This document shows, piece by piece, positions 9,738 to 20,393 of a stretch of DNA of 64,000 nt. Location: assembly GCA_942493245.1 (NCBI GenBank), contig OW818685.1, positions 3,984,493-4,048,492 of the forward strand. The letters run 5' to 3'. The stretch comes from an uncultured Candidatus Sumerlaeota bacterium. Its GTDB lineage: Bacteria > Sumerlaeota > Sumerlaeia > UBA8349. Numbering within the stretch: the first letter of the stretch is position 1; each line of letters begins with the position of its first letter. Under the pieces are notes generated by a model. That model saw nothing but the letters and a program-made list of their open reading frames with translations. It did no database searches and was not told the origin of the DNA. The position numbers and the translations under genes were made by a program.

Positions 9738-10961
9738 ATGACACATCGCAAACAATGGCTCCTGTTCGTGTGCGCTGTAACGGCTCTGGCGGTTTCCTCG
9801 CGCATCAATGAAACAATTTTCAACAACTACCTGGACGACGTGTTCAACATCTCAGCCCATGCGCGCGGTCAGCTCGAGTTTCCCCGCGAGTTGCCCGGCC
9901 TGCTCGTCGTCTTGATGGCCGGACTGTTGGCGGCTTTGCCCGTCACTCATCTGGGGGTGGTGGGAAGCGCCGTGATGGCGGTGGGCACCATCGGCCTGGG
10001 GCTGGTGGGAGCGCACTGGTACCCGATGCTGGGCATGATGGTGCTGGGCAGCGCCGGCATGCACCTGCTTCAACCCACCAGTTCCTCCATCGCCATCGGG
10101 TTGAGCGAAGCCCATGAGCGCGGCAAACGAATGGGCCAGATGGGGTCGTTCCAGACCATCGGGACGTTGATCGGGTGCGGATTCGTCTTTCTCATGTTTC
10201 GCGGTCAGACGCCCCGGTACAGTCTGGGTTTCATCTGTGCGGGTGGGGTGGCCGCCGTGGGCGCCGTCTTGTACGGGCTGATGCACATCCCGCACCTCCA
10301 CCAGCCTCGGTCGCGTCTGGTGGTCAAGCGCAAGTACGGTCTTTATTACGTTCTGGAGTTGCTGTTTGGCGCCCGGAAACAGATTTTCATTACTTTCGGG
10401 CCGTGGGTCTTGATTAAAATTTACGAGGCGCAAGCCAGCGACATCGCGGGGCTGTTCGTCGTTGCCTCGATCCTGGGAATCGGTTTCAAGCCCCTGATCG
10501 GCTGGGCCATAGACCGCTTCGGGGAACGGACCGTAATGATTGTGGACGGTCTGGCTCTCTCTCTTGTCTGCCTGGGATACGGTTATGCATTCGAACTGAC
10601 CGGGGATATGCGCACGGCCCACTGGGTCGCGTGTGGATGTTTCGTGCTCGATGAAATGCTTTTCGCGATGGGAACCAGCCGGGCGGTCTATGTCTCGCGC
10701 CTCACCGATTCCCCCCAGGAACTGGCCTCGACCCTTTCGATGGGCATTTCCGTCAACCACATCGTTTCGATGATGATTCCGGCGGTGGCGGGGATGATCT
10801 GGGACGGGTACGGCTACCAGCGGCTGTTTGCCGCCGCCGCGGTCTTCGCATTGCTCATGGCCGCCGTCTCCTTCCTGGTCCCCCGCAAGGGTGTACTGGC
10901 CGGAGCGGACCGCTCGGGCATTCCTCAATCGCTCGACCCGGTCGCGCCCGAGACAGACTGA
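9738..10961 (+). CDS. MFS transporter
   Basis: 407 aa with about 12 predicted hydrophobic helices and a Gly-rich MFS-like loop (GxxxDRFGERT). Confidence 0.8.
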   Translation: MTHRKQWLLFVCAVTALAVSSRINETIFNNYLDDVFNISAHARGQLEFPRELPGLLVVLMAGLLAALPVTHLGVVGSAVMAVGTIGLGLVGAHWYPMLGMMVLGSAGMHLLQPTSSSIAIGLSEAHERGKRMGQMGSFQTIGTLIGCGFVFLMFRGQTPRYSLGFICAGGVAAVGAVLYGLMHIPHLHQPRSRLVVKRKYGLYYVLELLFGARKQIFITFGPWVLIKIYEAQASDIAGLFVVASILGIGFKPLIGWAIDRFGERTVMIVDGLALSLVCLGYGYAFELTGDMRTAHWVACGCFVLDEMLFAMGTSRAVYVSRLTDSPQELASTLSMGISVNHIVSMMIPAVAGMIWDGYGYQRLFAAAAVFALLMAAVSFLVPRKGVLAGADRSGIPQSLDPVAPETD

Positions 10962-11097
10962 AAGCGGCTCCGATCGTAAAACCTGAACGCCCGATATGCG
11001 CATTCCTTCCTGAAAACCGGTTCTTTCCGAGAATATCAGAAAGAAAATCGCTTCGATTCCGGGCTTTCATTTGAAGGCTATTTATATTCGAGCCGGA

Positions 11098-11126
11098 CAT
11101 TATCAGCTTGACGCCGTAGCAGAAGA
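11098..11126 (+). promoter_or_regulatory. candidate sigma70-type promoter (TTGACG-17-TAACAT) upstream of the polysaccharide gene cluster
   Basis: A hexamer pair with 17-nt spacing sits in an AT-richer intergenic region about 150 nt upstream of the 11273 start. Confidence 0.3.
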
Positions 11127-11272
11127 CTCATAACATGGAATACAATGGAATATCCGGGATGGGTATTCTGGAGTTATAGATATTCGTGTCCCAAGTCCGA
11201 AACTTCGCGCCATGCGAAAACAGCGTCCGCGCCCCTTCATCCTGCTGACGGCAAGGAGCCTCTTCCAGACCC

Positions 11273-11986
11273 ATGATTTCCGATGACCTGAAGTCACGAT
11301 GGTACAAGCCGGATCAATATGACAACGACAGCGTATTTCTGGAACGGATCAGCCGGAACCTGACGCCTCAGAGCCGGGTTCTGGATGCGGGGGCGGGAGC
11401 CGGCGACCTATTCCCCTATGACTTCAAGAACCGCGTTCAGGAAATGGTCGGGGTGGACCTGGACCCGCGGGTCACCAGCAATCCCCGCCTGCATCGGGGC
11501 ATTCTGTCGGACCTCACCTCGATTCCCATCGAGGACAATTATTTCGACGTCATCTTCAGCCGGGCCGTCCTCGAACACGTTCAGGAGCCGGAGCGGTTTC
11601 TGAACGAAATGGGGCGACTGTTGAAGCCCGGCGGGGTGTTTGTATTCCTGACCCCCAATCGCTGGCATTATGTCTGTGTCGGGTCGCAGTTGACGCCTCA
11701 TGGGTTCCACGAATGGTACAACAAGCGTTTGCGGGGGCGTGAAGATGAAGATACCTTCCCGACGGTGTATCGGTTGAATTCGGCTTCGAGCGTCCGTCGG
11801 CACTTTGGACAGGCGGGATTTGTCGAAAAAGAACTGCTCTTTCGGGAGTGCTGTCCCAATTATCTGCTTTTTGCGGCGCCGGCCTTCTATCTGGGAGTGC
11901 TGTATGAACGCCTGGTCAACTCGACCGATTTTCTGGCTGGGTTGCGGGTCAATATCCTGGGAACTTTTGCCAAGCCGGGCCGCTGA
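11273..11986 (+). CDS. class I SAM-dependent methyltransferase
   Basis: Motif I (VLDAGAGAGD) and a post-I acidic residue are present, along with a Methyltransf_11/23-like region (LKPGGVFVFLTPN). Confidence 0.8.
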   Translation: MISDDLKSRWYKPDQYDNDSVFLERISRNLTPQSRVLDAGAGAGDLFPYDFKNRVQEMVGVDLDPRVTSNPRLHRGILSDLTSIPIEDNYFDVIFSRAVLEHVQEPERFLNEMGRLLKPGGVFVFLTPNRWHYVCVGSQLTPHGFHEWYNKRLRGREDEDTFPTVYRLNSASSVRRHFGQAGFVEKELLFRECCPNYLLFAAPAFYLGVLYERLVNSTDFLAGLRVNILGTFAKPGR

Positions 11987-12081
11987 AACCGGCCAACGGT
12001 TGGCGAGAAGTATTTATGGCTTGAGGAAAACACGCAAATAGTCCAGAATGATCGGTACGTTGGAGTCTTTCTGGAGTCAGG

Positions 12082-13536
12082 ATGTCAGGGATGCCGGTTA
12101 TGGCAAATGGTCCGTGTGCAGAAACCCCTTCGCTCGCCTCGCTTGTTGCCAGCCAGCAGAACACGCGTTCCTTGCGAAACAGTCTGTCCAGCCTGATGCA
12201 TCTGGGGTGCCGGGTGCATGGTGTCTGGTGGATTCTTCTCGACCTGGCGGTCTCTGTGGTCTCGCTTGTGGCCGCGTACGCCTGTACTCCCCGGCAGGGG
12301 TGGGTGCCCGCGGTCGGCATGAAGATCGCCTATCCGATTTTCGTGGTGCTGGCCGGCGGAGTTCTGGGGCTCTACGAAAGACGTTTGTTCTATCGCGCAA
12401 CCTCCCGATTCCTGATCGAGATCGTCGTGGTCGTCGGCGCGGCCAATCTGCTTCTGGCGATGTACACTTACTGGTTGCACTACGAAATCATCGGGCGTTA
12501 CGTGATCGGATTGAACTTCCTGATACAATGTGCCCTGATGACCGCGATCCGTGTGGTTCCCCTGATGGCGGCCCGCTACTACAAACTGCGAGTCCTCTTC
12601 ATCGGCAATTCCGACCACTTCCTCGCGCTGGCGAACCACCACAAGGAACAGGAAACCCACTTCACCCTGTCCGGGTTCTGTTGCGAAAAACAGGAAGCGG
12701 AAAAAGGACGCCGGGACTACCTGGGAACGCCCAAAGACATATCGAAGATCTGCCGGGAAAAGGGCATCCATCAGATCGTCATTTCAAATCAGTACGCCCG
12801 CAACACCGGCCTGCTTCACGAGTGCTTCAAGTGCGCCCGGCTGGGATGCCGGCTGAGCGACGAAAACTCTTTCTGTGAAGAAGCCTACGAACGCGTGCTG
12901 GTTCACCATATCGAGCCCGACTGGTTTTACTCGGCGAAGTTGGCGAAACACAACGATTTCCGCTCCTTCCTCAAACGTATGGTGGACATCTCGGTCGCCT
13001 CGGTGGGACTCCTGCTGACCCTGCCCCTGATTTTGTTATTGTGGGCTGCGGTCCGGCTGACCTCCAAAGGGCCGGTCTTTTACTCGCAGATACGGTGCGG
13101 TCAGTTCGGCAAACCCTTCCGGATCTACAAGTTTCGCACCATGTCCGTGGATGCGGAGAAAAACGGCGCCCAGTGGGCCAGACTGAAAGACTCGCGGGTC
13201 ACACCCATCGGAAACCTGCTGCGGAAAACCCGCATGGACGAAATCCCCCAGTTCTGGAACATCCTGCGGGGCGACATGTCCTTTGTCGGCCCACGACCCG
13301 AGCGTCCCGAAATGGTGGCCGAGATCGAGAAACAGGTGCCCTTCTTTTCGTTCCGCCACTGGGCGCGCCCCGGCCTGACTGGCCTGGCCCAAATCCGCTA
13401 CCGTTACGGCGGCTCAATTGACGACGCCGAAGTGAAACTCCAGCACGACCTGTTCTACGTCAAAAACTGGTCGCTCTTCCTGGACTGCCAGATCATCCTG
13501 CGCACCCTGTCCGCGATTATGAAAGGCGCGCGCTGA
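12082..13536 (+). CDS. exopolysaccharide/O-antigen priming polyprenyl-phosphate sugar phosphotransferase (bacterial sugar transferase family)
   Basis: N-terminal TM helices are followed by the conserved C-terminal sugar-transferase domain (…KRMVDISVASVGLLLTLPL…SKGPVFYSQIRCG…FRIYKFRTM…RMDEIPQFWNILRGDMSFVGPRPERPE). Confidence 0.85.
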   Translation: MSGMPVMANGPCAETPSLASLVASQQNTRSLRNSLSSLMHLGCRVHGVWWILLDLAVSVVSLVAAYACTPRQGWVPAVGMKIAYPIFVVLAGGVLGLYERRLFYRATSRFLIEIVVVVGAANLLLAMYTYWLHYEIIGRYVIGLNFLIQCALMTAIRVVPLMAARYYKLRVLFIGNSDHFLALANHHKEQETHFTLSGFCCEKQEAEKGRRDYLGTPKDISKICREKGIHQIVISNQYARNTGLLHECFKCARLGCRLSDENSFCEEAYERVLVHHIEPDWFYSAKLAKHNDFRSFLKRMVDISVASVGLLLTLPLILLLWAAVRLTSKGPVFYSQIRCGQFGKPFRIYKFRTMSVDAEKNGAQWARLKDSRVTPIGNLLRKTRMDEIPQFWNILRGDMSFVGPRPERPEMVAEIEKQVPFFSFRHWARPGLTGLAQIRYRYGGSIDDAEVKLQHDLFYVKNWSLFLDCQIILRTLSAIMKGAR

Positions 13537-13635
13537 CGCGTCCTGTCTGCCCCTGACGAAAAATCCTGAAAGCGGGTGGGAAACGCCGCGCAATTCCGCA
13601 ACGAACCGGCGGCGAACGAGAGGAGAATCAGTGTC

Positions 13636-14733
13636 TTGAAAATCCTGAATGTGGTGGGCGCCCGTCCCAATTTCATGAAAATCGCCCCGCTCATGGCGGC
13701 CTACCGGGCCTGGCCGAATCTCGAACCGATCCTGGTCCACACCGGCCAGCACTACGACGAACGAATGAGCGATCTGTTCTTCCACCAGTTGGGCATTCCC
13801 GAACCGGACGTAAACCTCGAGGTCGGATCGGGCAGTCACGCCGTCCAGACGGCAGACATCATGAAAGCGTTCGAGCCGGTTATGCTCGAAATTCTGCCGG
13901 ATGTCGTTCTGGTGGTGGGCGACGTAAACAGCACCATCGCCTGTGGCCTGGTGGCGGTCAAACTCGGCGCCCGCCTGGTGCATGTGGAAGCCGGGTTGCG
14001 CAGTCGCGACCGCTCGATGCCCGAGGAAATCAACCGCATTCTGACCGACTCGATCAGCGACCTCCTGTTCTGTACGGAACAGAGCGGGGTGGACAACCTC
14101 CTCGCTGAAGGTGTCCCCGCCGAGCGAATCCACCTGGTGGGCAACGTCATGGTGGACACCCTGTTGAAAAACCGCGAACGCGCCGAAGAATCGCCGATCC
14201 TCCAGCAACTGGGTCTCGAAGCGGGCGGGTACGCTGCGCTGACGCTTCACCGTCCCTCCAACGTGGACGATCCGGCCATTTTCGGACGCATCCTCGACGC
14301 GCTCGAACAAATCCAGCGCGATATGCCAATCATCTTTCCCATCCACCCGCGCACACGCCGGAATCTCGAACACAGCGGCCTCGCGGGGCGGGTGAAAGCC
14401 ATGCGTCAGCTGCGGCTGGTCGAGCCGATGGGATACCTCGACTTCCTGAAACTCATGGCGGCGGCGCGAATCGTCTTGACCGACTCGGGAGGTATTCAGG
14501 AAGAAACCACCATCCTGCAAGTGCCCTGCCTGACCCTGCGCGAGAACACCGAACGCCCCGTCACCTGCCTGCTGGGAACCAACCAGCTGGTCGGAACGCA
14601 GACCGACGCGATCCTCGCGGCTTACCGCCAGGTGATGGCAAACGAGACGGCATCGGCAGGCCGAATTCCCCCGCTGTGGGACGGAAAAGCGGCGGAAAGA
14701 ATCGCGGAAATACTCTCTAACGGGTCGAAATAA
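13636..14733 (+). CDS. wecB: UDP-N-acetylglucosamine 2-epimerase (non-hydrolysing)
   Basis: WecB-type motifs are present (LNVVGARPNFMKIAPL, HTGQHYD, DVVLVVGDVNST, VHVEAGLRS, DSGGIQEE). The start is uncertain. TTG at 13636 after AGGAGA keeps the conserved N-terminus, whereas the ORF track begins at GTG 13576. Confidence 0.85.
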   Translation: MKILNVVGARPNFMKIAPLMAAYRAWPNLEPILVHTGQHYDERMSDLFFHQLGIPEPDVNLEVGSGSHAVQTADIMKAFEPVMLEILPDVVLVVGDVNSTIACGLVAVKLGARLVHVEAGLRSRDRSMPEEINRILTDSISDLLFCTEQSGVDNLLAEGVPAERIHLVGNVMVDTLLKNRERAEESPILQQLGLEAGGYAALTLHRPSNVDDPAIFGRILDALEQIQRDMPIIFPIHPRTRRNLEHSGLAGRVKAMRQLRLVEPMGYLDFLKLMAAARIVLTDSGGIQEETTILQVPCLTLRENTERPVTCLLGTNQLVGTQTDAILAAYRQVMANETASAGRIPPLWDGKAAERIAEILSNGSK

Positions 14734-14776
14734 ACAGGACGGGACCGGGGGGCTCCTTTCCGGAATACGGCAAGAG

Positions 14777-17077
14777 GTGGGTATGGCAAAAAAGAAGGCA
14801 AGTTCTCCTGGAGGCGCGAAACGCTCCACCCCGCCGATTTCGGGACAGGAGGAGACGTCGGCGCGAAACGCCAGAACGGCAACGACCCCGCCTTCGCGTC
14901 CCTCCGAACGCTCCAGACAGGTCCGTCGTGAACCGTTTTCGGTAAGCGATTGGGTCGAGAGGTGGGGATGGATCTTCTGGCTCTTGACCTGCTTCACCGT
15001 GTTCGCCGTCTATAAAGAATCCATTTCCAGCAACTACCTGCCCAAGACCGTCTGGGCGTCGCTGTCGCTCGGTTTGGGCTTCCTTTTCATCATGCCCCTG
15101 CGTTCAGTTCACCCCACAATTGAACTCACCCGCCTGGGTGGTCTATGGCTGGCCTATTTGGCGTGGATCGTTTTGTCCTTCGCGTGGTCCGCGCAACCCC
15201 GTGTCGGATTCGAACGTCTGCTGGCGCTGCTGCTGCCCACCTGCGCCTATCTGTTCGCCCGACGGGTTCGCTTCTGGGAAAAACGCATTTTCTGGGATAT
15301 TTGTTGCGCCATCGTCTGCTGCGTGGCGCTGTTGGGACTTCTGCAATATTCGGTGCCGGAGAAACACCTGCCGGGCTTCTATAAATGGCTCCGAGAAACC
15401 TTCCCCGGGACCGCCAACCCGCGCAGTTCCCTGGGCCACCGCAACTACGCCAGTATTTATCTGCTGACCGTGGCGCCCTACATCGGGTGGCGATATTTCA
15501 AAAGTCGCAATTGGCGCGACGCCGTCTTGCCGCTGGCCACCCTGTTGCTGATGTGTCTGTTCGTTTTGCTGGCTCGGACACGGTCGGCCTGGGCGGGCGC
15601 CCTGGTGGCGAGCGGATTCTTCCTCGCGGCGGGCGGGTATCGCAAACTCGCTCAGTATCGCATCCGCCTGATCCCCTTTGCCGCCGCCCTGCTCATCGGT
15701 TTATGCCTGTTCCCCTTTGTCAAACCGGCCACAGAAGATGTGGAACAGATTAGCAATAAGACAGAAAACGTCGAGACGATTATGGATCCGGGCAACCGGT
15801 TGGCGCTCTGGCGCGTAACGCTGGGAATCACCAACCCCCTCATCGGATGCGGATTCGGAAACTTTCCCATCGCCGTAACGCCCTACTCGTTGAATGCCAA
15901 AGTCAAGACCCTGAACTGGGAAGTCCATAACGACTATCTTCAGGCGTACCTCGACCTGGGGATTCCGGGCACGCTGTTGTTTCTCGCCGCCACTCTCTAT
16001 GCCGTCTGGCTGGGGTGGCGCGGGCGGCGCGACGCCCTGCTACTGGCGGCGGGAATGTCCATCGTGGGCATCGCCGTGGCGCAGGGAGTCGAATTTACAT
16101 CCGAAAAAGTCAGCACGCTCCTGTGGATCGGCGCCACGGTGGCGATTCTGAACAACAACCCGACAGACCCGAAACCGCTGGTTCGCTGGCAGACGCCCCG
16201 AGGGGCGGTCACCCTGGGGCGCCTGACTCTCGGCCTGTACTTGATCGGATTTGCGATCGTCGTGGGATATTCCCTGCGTGGCGACCATGCGTTCTGGGTT
16301 GCCGAAGCCACGGCAAACGGCCTCCGGCAGGTCAAGAAAGAATACGTGGCGGTCGAGAACAAACCCCTGGCGGAACGCCAGAAAGAAACGCGGACCTACG
16401 AGACCAACCGCAAAATTTTCGAAACAGAACTGAAGAAACTCATGGAAAAAATTGCCCCTTCCATGCAGTTCGATCCCAATACCCGCCATGTGCTCTTCCA
16501 CAAATACATGCTGCTGTCCAAGGAGTTCGAGTTCGACGAGCCGATGCGCTTCTTCGCCTCACAGGCGCTGGCCCTGCACCCCACCGATCAGGTCGCTCGC
16601 CTGATGCTCGTCTCCTGGGAGGCAAAACAACAAAACCTGGACCGCGCCACCCAACTCCTCGAAGAAGGGGTGAAAGCCTTCCGCTACAACCCCCACTCCG
16701 ACCTGACCCGGAATCTCATTCAGATCTACCAGCACCAGGGAAAAACAGACCTGGCCGAAGCCATTCAGGCGGAATCCAGACGCCGCTGGGTTCTCATGCC
16801 CACTCCCATCTTCCCTGCTCCATCGGCTAAAGACATCCCGACCAACCCGGTCCTGACCTGGACCGCCTCCGAAGTCGCCTGTACCTATGACGTGTATCTC
16901 TGGAAAACTGGAGACGACACTCCCAGCGAACCGCTTCTGAGAGGACTCCCGAAAAACGAAGCGCAACTGGAAGATCTCGATCCGGAAACCACCTACTTCT
17001 GGAAAGTTCGGGCCAACGGTTACAAAACAGACGAGCAGATCTGCGACATGCAGGCGTTCCGAACGGCTGGACGGTAA
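14777..17077 (+). CDS. O-antigen ligase/polymerase family membrane protein with C-terminal helical-repeat and FN3-like extension
   Basis: The protein is polytopic with the Wzy_C-type motif (NWEVHNDYLQAYLDLG). A ~300-aa C-terminal soluble region ends in a beta-sandwich-like segment (…TWTASEVACTYDVYLWK…). Confidence 0.8.
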   Translation: MGMAKKKASSPGGAKRSTPPISGQEETSARNARTATTPPSRPSERSRQVRREPFSVSDWVERWGWIFWLLTCFTVFAVYKESISSNYLPKTVWASLSLGLGFLFIMPLRSVHPTIELTRLGGLWLAYLAWIVLSFAWSAQPRVGFERLLALLLPTCAYLFARRVRFWEKRIFWDICCAIVCCVALLGLLQYSVPEKHLPGFYKWLRETFPGTANPRSSLGHRNYASIYLLTVAPYIGWRYFKSRNWRDAVLPLATLLLMCLFVLLARTRSAWAGALVASGFFLAAGGYRKLAQYRIRLIPFAAALLIGLCLFPFVKPATEDVEQISNKTENVETIMDPGNRLALWRVTLGITNPLIGCGFGNFPIAVTPYSLNAKVKTLNWEVHNDYLQAYLDLGIPGTLLFLAATLYAVWLGWRGRRDALLLAAGMSIVGIAVAQGVEFTSEKVSTLLWIGATVAILNNNPTDPKPLVRWQTPRGAVTLGRLTLGLYLIGFAIVVGYSLRGDHAFWVAEATANGLRQVKKEYVAVENKPLAERQKETRTYETNRKIFETELKKLMEKIAPSMQFDPNTRHVLFHKYMLLSKEFEFDEPMRFFASQALALHPTDQVARLMLVSWEAKQQNLDRATQLLEEGVKAFRYNPHSDLTRNLIQIYQHQGKTDLAEAIQAESRRRWVLMPTPIFPAPSAKDIPTNPVLTWTASEVACTYDVYLWKTGDDTPSEPLLRGLPKNEAQLEDLDPETTYFWKVRANGYKTDEQICDMQAFRTAGR

Positions 17078-17091
17078 GCCCCCGACGGGTG

Positions 17092-17634
17092 TTATTCCGC
17101 AGCCCCATGACGATTGAACCAGGCCCGCTCGGCAAACGCTTTCTTGGGAGGTGTGGGCCATTCGGTTCGTTCCGGAACCCCGAGAGGCAAAAGAATACGC
17201 ACGATTTTCCCGTCCGGCACACCCAGCATCCGACCGACCGTCTCGGCATGGTCGTTCAGGCGCAGCCAACCGTCAATCCAGACGCTGGCGTACCCCAGGG
17301 CGGTGACAGCCAGAAGCATGTTCTCGACCGCGGCGGCACAATCCTCAACCGCGAAATCGAACCCCTCGTAAATGGCTTCCGGGTTTTTGTCTATGACACA
17401 GGCGATAAAAGCGCGGGCCTGCTGGACGGCCTTATTACTGGCATGGAGCGGGCGGATACCCGCCAGAACAGCCTCGTCGTCCACAATGACAAAGGTCGTC
17501 GTCTGACCGTTCTTACCCGACGGTGCGTCCAATCCGGCCTGAACAATTTTCCGCAAATCCTCGCGGGGGACAGACTGAGGCAGATAGGCGCCCCGGTAAC
17601 AGTGACGCCGTGCAATCGCTTCGAACAGTTCCAT
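17092..17634 (-). CDS. nitroreductase family protein
   Basis: 180 aa with a nitroreductase-like N-terminus (…RRHCYRGAY…) and a conserved core. Confidence 0.8.
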   Translation of the reverse strand: MELFEAIARRHCYRGAYLPQSVPREDLRKIVQAGLDAPSGKNGQTTTFVIVDDEAVLAGIRPLHASNKAVQQARAFIACVIDKNPEAIYEGFDFAVEDCAAAVENMLLAVTALGYASVWIDGWLRLNDHAETVGRMLGVPDGKIVRILLPLGVPERTEWPTPPKKAFAERAWFNRHGAAE

Positions 17635-18055
17635 CGGGGGACTCCTTCGTACTACTATCTCGCAATATCGCGGTCATTTGCGTAGATTTTCCGGGAGAGT
17701 ATATGCAATACAGAGCGCAATCCTACTCCGGTCCCAGCCCTGAAAGGGCGGCCCATGTCAGCCCGGGGCAGAGCGAAGCGACGCACCGGGTCACGTGTCC
17801 CCTTTTCCCCCCAAAGGGCTGAAAGCCCGCTCCAAACGAAGCGGAACCGAACGGGCGGAATCGCGTAATCTCCCGAATCTCGCAAAGCCGCCAGGAAAAA
17901 CGACCGCGCCGATCAGGAGATTGGCGATCCCAGGAGGGATCTTTCTTCACAAAACGCGAAGGCTGCAATTTTCGCGGCCTTTCTTTTGGTTTCGGCTTCG
18001 CTGCGCCAGGTCGGTAAAGAACTCGGTAACCCGTCCCGCTCGCGCGGCAAGCGTT

Positions 18056-19579
18056 TCAAAGCCCGTTCGGCACAAAGAGCGAGGGTTGGGCTAACAACTG
18101 CTGGTAGAGTCGCTCGTACGACTCGGCGGCCCGGTTCCAGGAAAAATCCTCGCGCATACCCCGCTGCTGCAACTGCCGCCAGACCTCCGGCTGATTATGG
18201 TAGAGATCCAGCGCGCGCCGAACCGTCATCAACAAACTATCCGGCGTGTATGGAGTAAAGAAGAAACCGGTCGCCTCGCCACTCCTCAACGAGGCCGGGG
18301 TCACCGGATGCACCGTATCCACCAGACCGCCCGTCCGGTGAACGATCGGTACGGTTCCGTAGTGGAGACTGAACATCTGATTCAGCCCGCACGGCTCATA
18401 GCGCGAAAGCATCAGAAACGCGTCCGCGCCCGCCTCAATGGCGTGCGCCAGCGAGTTGTCGAAATCGAATTGGGCGCGCATCGTCTTGCGGTAGCGCTTG
18501 GCCGCCTTGGCAATGGCCGCCTGATAATCGAGACGTCCGCTTCCCAGAAAAACAAACTGTACGCCCAGCGCCATGAGTTTCGGCAGGGATTCGATCAGCA
18601 GTTGAATCCCCTTCTGCGCGTCAAGCCGGTTGACCATCGCCAGAATCGGAGTCTCGGGTTCCACGGCTAATCCCAGCCGCTCCTGCAGGTGGCGCTTACA
18701 GACCGCCTTACCCGACAGATCGTCCGCCGAATACGGCGCGGCGATCAGCGCGTCGTCGGTCGTATTCCATTCGGTGGTGTCCACCCCGTTCAGAATACCC
18801 GTGACGCGGTCAGCCCGATTGCCGAGAAAACCTTCCAGTCCGCAACCGAACTCCTGGGTGAGAATTTCTTCGGCGTACCGGGGACTGACCGTCGAGATCC
18901 AGTCGCTGTAAAAAATTCCCCCCTTCATGGGATTGAGCGCCCCCCAGTATTCCATCCGCTCGGCCTGGAACAGAGATGGAGACAACCCCACGCGTTCGAG
19001 CAGTGAAAAATCGCAAAGTCCCTGATAGGCCAGATTGTGAATGGTGAAAAGAATCCGCGTCCCGGCAAAGAATTTGTCGTAGCGGAACTTGACCTGGGCG
19101 CGCAGGAAAACCGGCAGAAAGGACGCCTGCCAGTCGTTGCAATGAAGGATGTCGGGCGCCCAGTTCAAGGCCTTGAGCAACCAGACAATCGCCATGTTGA
19201 AACTTGCGAACCGCTCGGCGTTGTCCGGATAATCCGTCCCGTTTTCCCCATACAGCCCCGGTCGGTCGAAAAGCTCCGGACAATCGAAGAAGTAAACCGT
19301 CACCAGTCCCTTGTCCCCGGAGTGGGCGTATTGGGTCTGGTAAATCTTTCCCTGAAGGCGTTTCCCGGGAAAATTCACCCAGATCTCCGGCATGAGAACC
19401 CGCAGGTCGTGTTCGACAGGGTCAATGCAGGCGTGGCGCGGCAGCACCACCCGCACGTCGTGTCCTCGCGCGGCCAGAGCGCGCGGCAGCGCCCCCAGGA
19501 CGTCGGCCAATCCGCCAGTTTTGGCGAAGGGGATCATTTCGGAAGCAATCAAACAGATTTTCAAGCCCGGTCTCCTCAT
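18056..19579 (-). CDS. glgA: glycogen synthase (ADP-glucose type)
   Basis: The KICLIASEMIPFAKTGGLADV N-terminal motif and the conserved C-terminal GT-B domain are present. The start is taken at MRRPGLKICL. Confidence 0.9.
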   Translation of the reverse strand: MRRPGLKICLIASEMIPFAKTGGLADVLGALPRALAARGHDVRVVLPRHACIDPVEHDLRVLMPEIWVNFPGKRLQGKIYQTQYAHSGDKGLVTVYFFDCPELFDRPGLYGENGTDYPDNAERFASFNMAIVWLLKALNWAPDILHCNDWQASFLPVFLRAQVKFRYDKFFAGTRILFTIHNLAYQGLCDFSLLERVGLSPSLFQAERMEYWGALNPMKGGIFYSDWISTVSPRYAEEILTQEFGCGLEGFLGNRADRVTGILNGVDTTEWNTTDDALIAAPYSADDLSGKAVCKRHLQERLGLAVEPETPILAMVNRLDAQKGIQLLIESLPKLMALGVQFVFLGSGRLDYQAAIAKAAKRYRKTMRAQFDFDNSLAHAIEAGADAFLMLSRYEPCGLNQMFSLHYGTVPIVHRTGGLVDTVHPVTPASLRSGEATGFFFTPYTPDSLLMTVRRALDLYHNQPEVWRQLQQRGMREDFSWNRAAESYERLYQQLLAQPSLFVPNGL

Positions 19580-19590
19580 TCCTGAATGTC

Positions 19591-20283
19591 TTAGTCGAAA
19601 AAGCGGTACTTGAACAGGGTCCAGAGCGACAGGAAACCATCGGCCCAATAGATTTTCTTCCCCTCAGCCCGTCCGCGCGGGATGTAGGTGATGGGAATCT
19701 CGAGAATGTCATGACCCGCTTTGATCAACTTCACCGTCAACTCGACCGTGAAGGCAAAATCGTTGTTGACCAGTTGAAAGTCCTGAATCAGCTCGCGCCG
19801 GAACACCTGATAACAGGTTTCGACATCGGTCAGGCGCGTGCCGAAAAGCAGATTCACCGCGATATTGAGAACACGATTCCCCAGGTATTGCAGCCCCCCC
19901 ATATTGGCGGCGCCCTGACCCAGAAACCGCGACCCGAACACCACATCGGCCTGACCCGCGCTCAGAGGCGCGAGGAGAGCCGGATAGTCCTCTGGATCGA
20001 GTTCCAGATCGGCGTCCTGAAAAATCACCACATCGCCCGTGGCGACCCGCAACCCTTCCTTGAGCGCATGGCCGCGCCCCTGCGGGGCCGACTCAAAAAT
20101 CACCTGAAAGTCCGGCTCTCCCTCATGGGCCAGCAGAATCTCACGCGTCCCATCAATCGAGTGGCCATCCACCACGATGATTTCCTTCTCAAAACCGGGC
20201 ACCTGAACACACCGCACCTTCTCGATCACCGTGTCAATCGTACGGTGCTCGTTGTAAGAAGGGATAATAACCGACAATTTCAT
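19591..20283 (-). CDS. family 2 glycosyltransferase (dolichyl-phosphate mannosyltransferase-like)
   Basis: MKLSVIIPSYNE…VVDGHSIDGT…FQDADLE are GT2 signature segments. The gene stops 11 nt before the glgA start, so the two are a likely operon. Confidence 0.85.
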   Translation of the reverse strand: MKLSVIIPSYNEHRTIDTVIEKVRCVQVPGFEKEIIVVDGHSIDGTREILLAHEGEPDFQVIFESAPQGRGHALKEGLRVATGDVVIFQDADLELDPEDYPALLAPLSAGQADVVFGSRFLGQGAANMGGLQYLGNRVLNIAVNLLFGTRLTDVETCYQVFRRELIQDFQLVNNDFAFTVELTVKLIKAGHDILEIPITYIPRGRAEGKKIYWADGFLSLWTLFKYRFFD

Positions 20284-20393
20284 CCTGGACCCATCCTGTC
20301 TGGAAACCGGGTACGAGAACACCGGCCTCGATCCACATTTAAGCGGATTAGTCAGGGAGCCGCAATCCGAAAATGGGGCTTTCACTCAGACAA

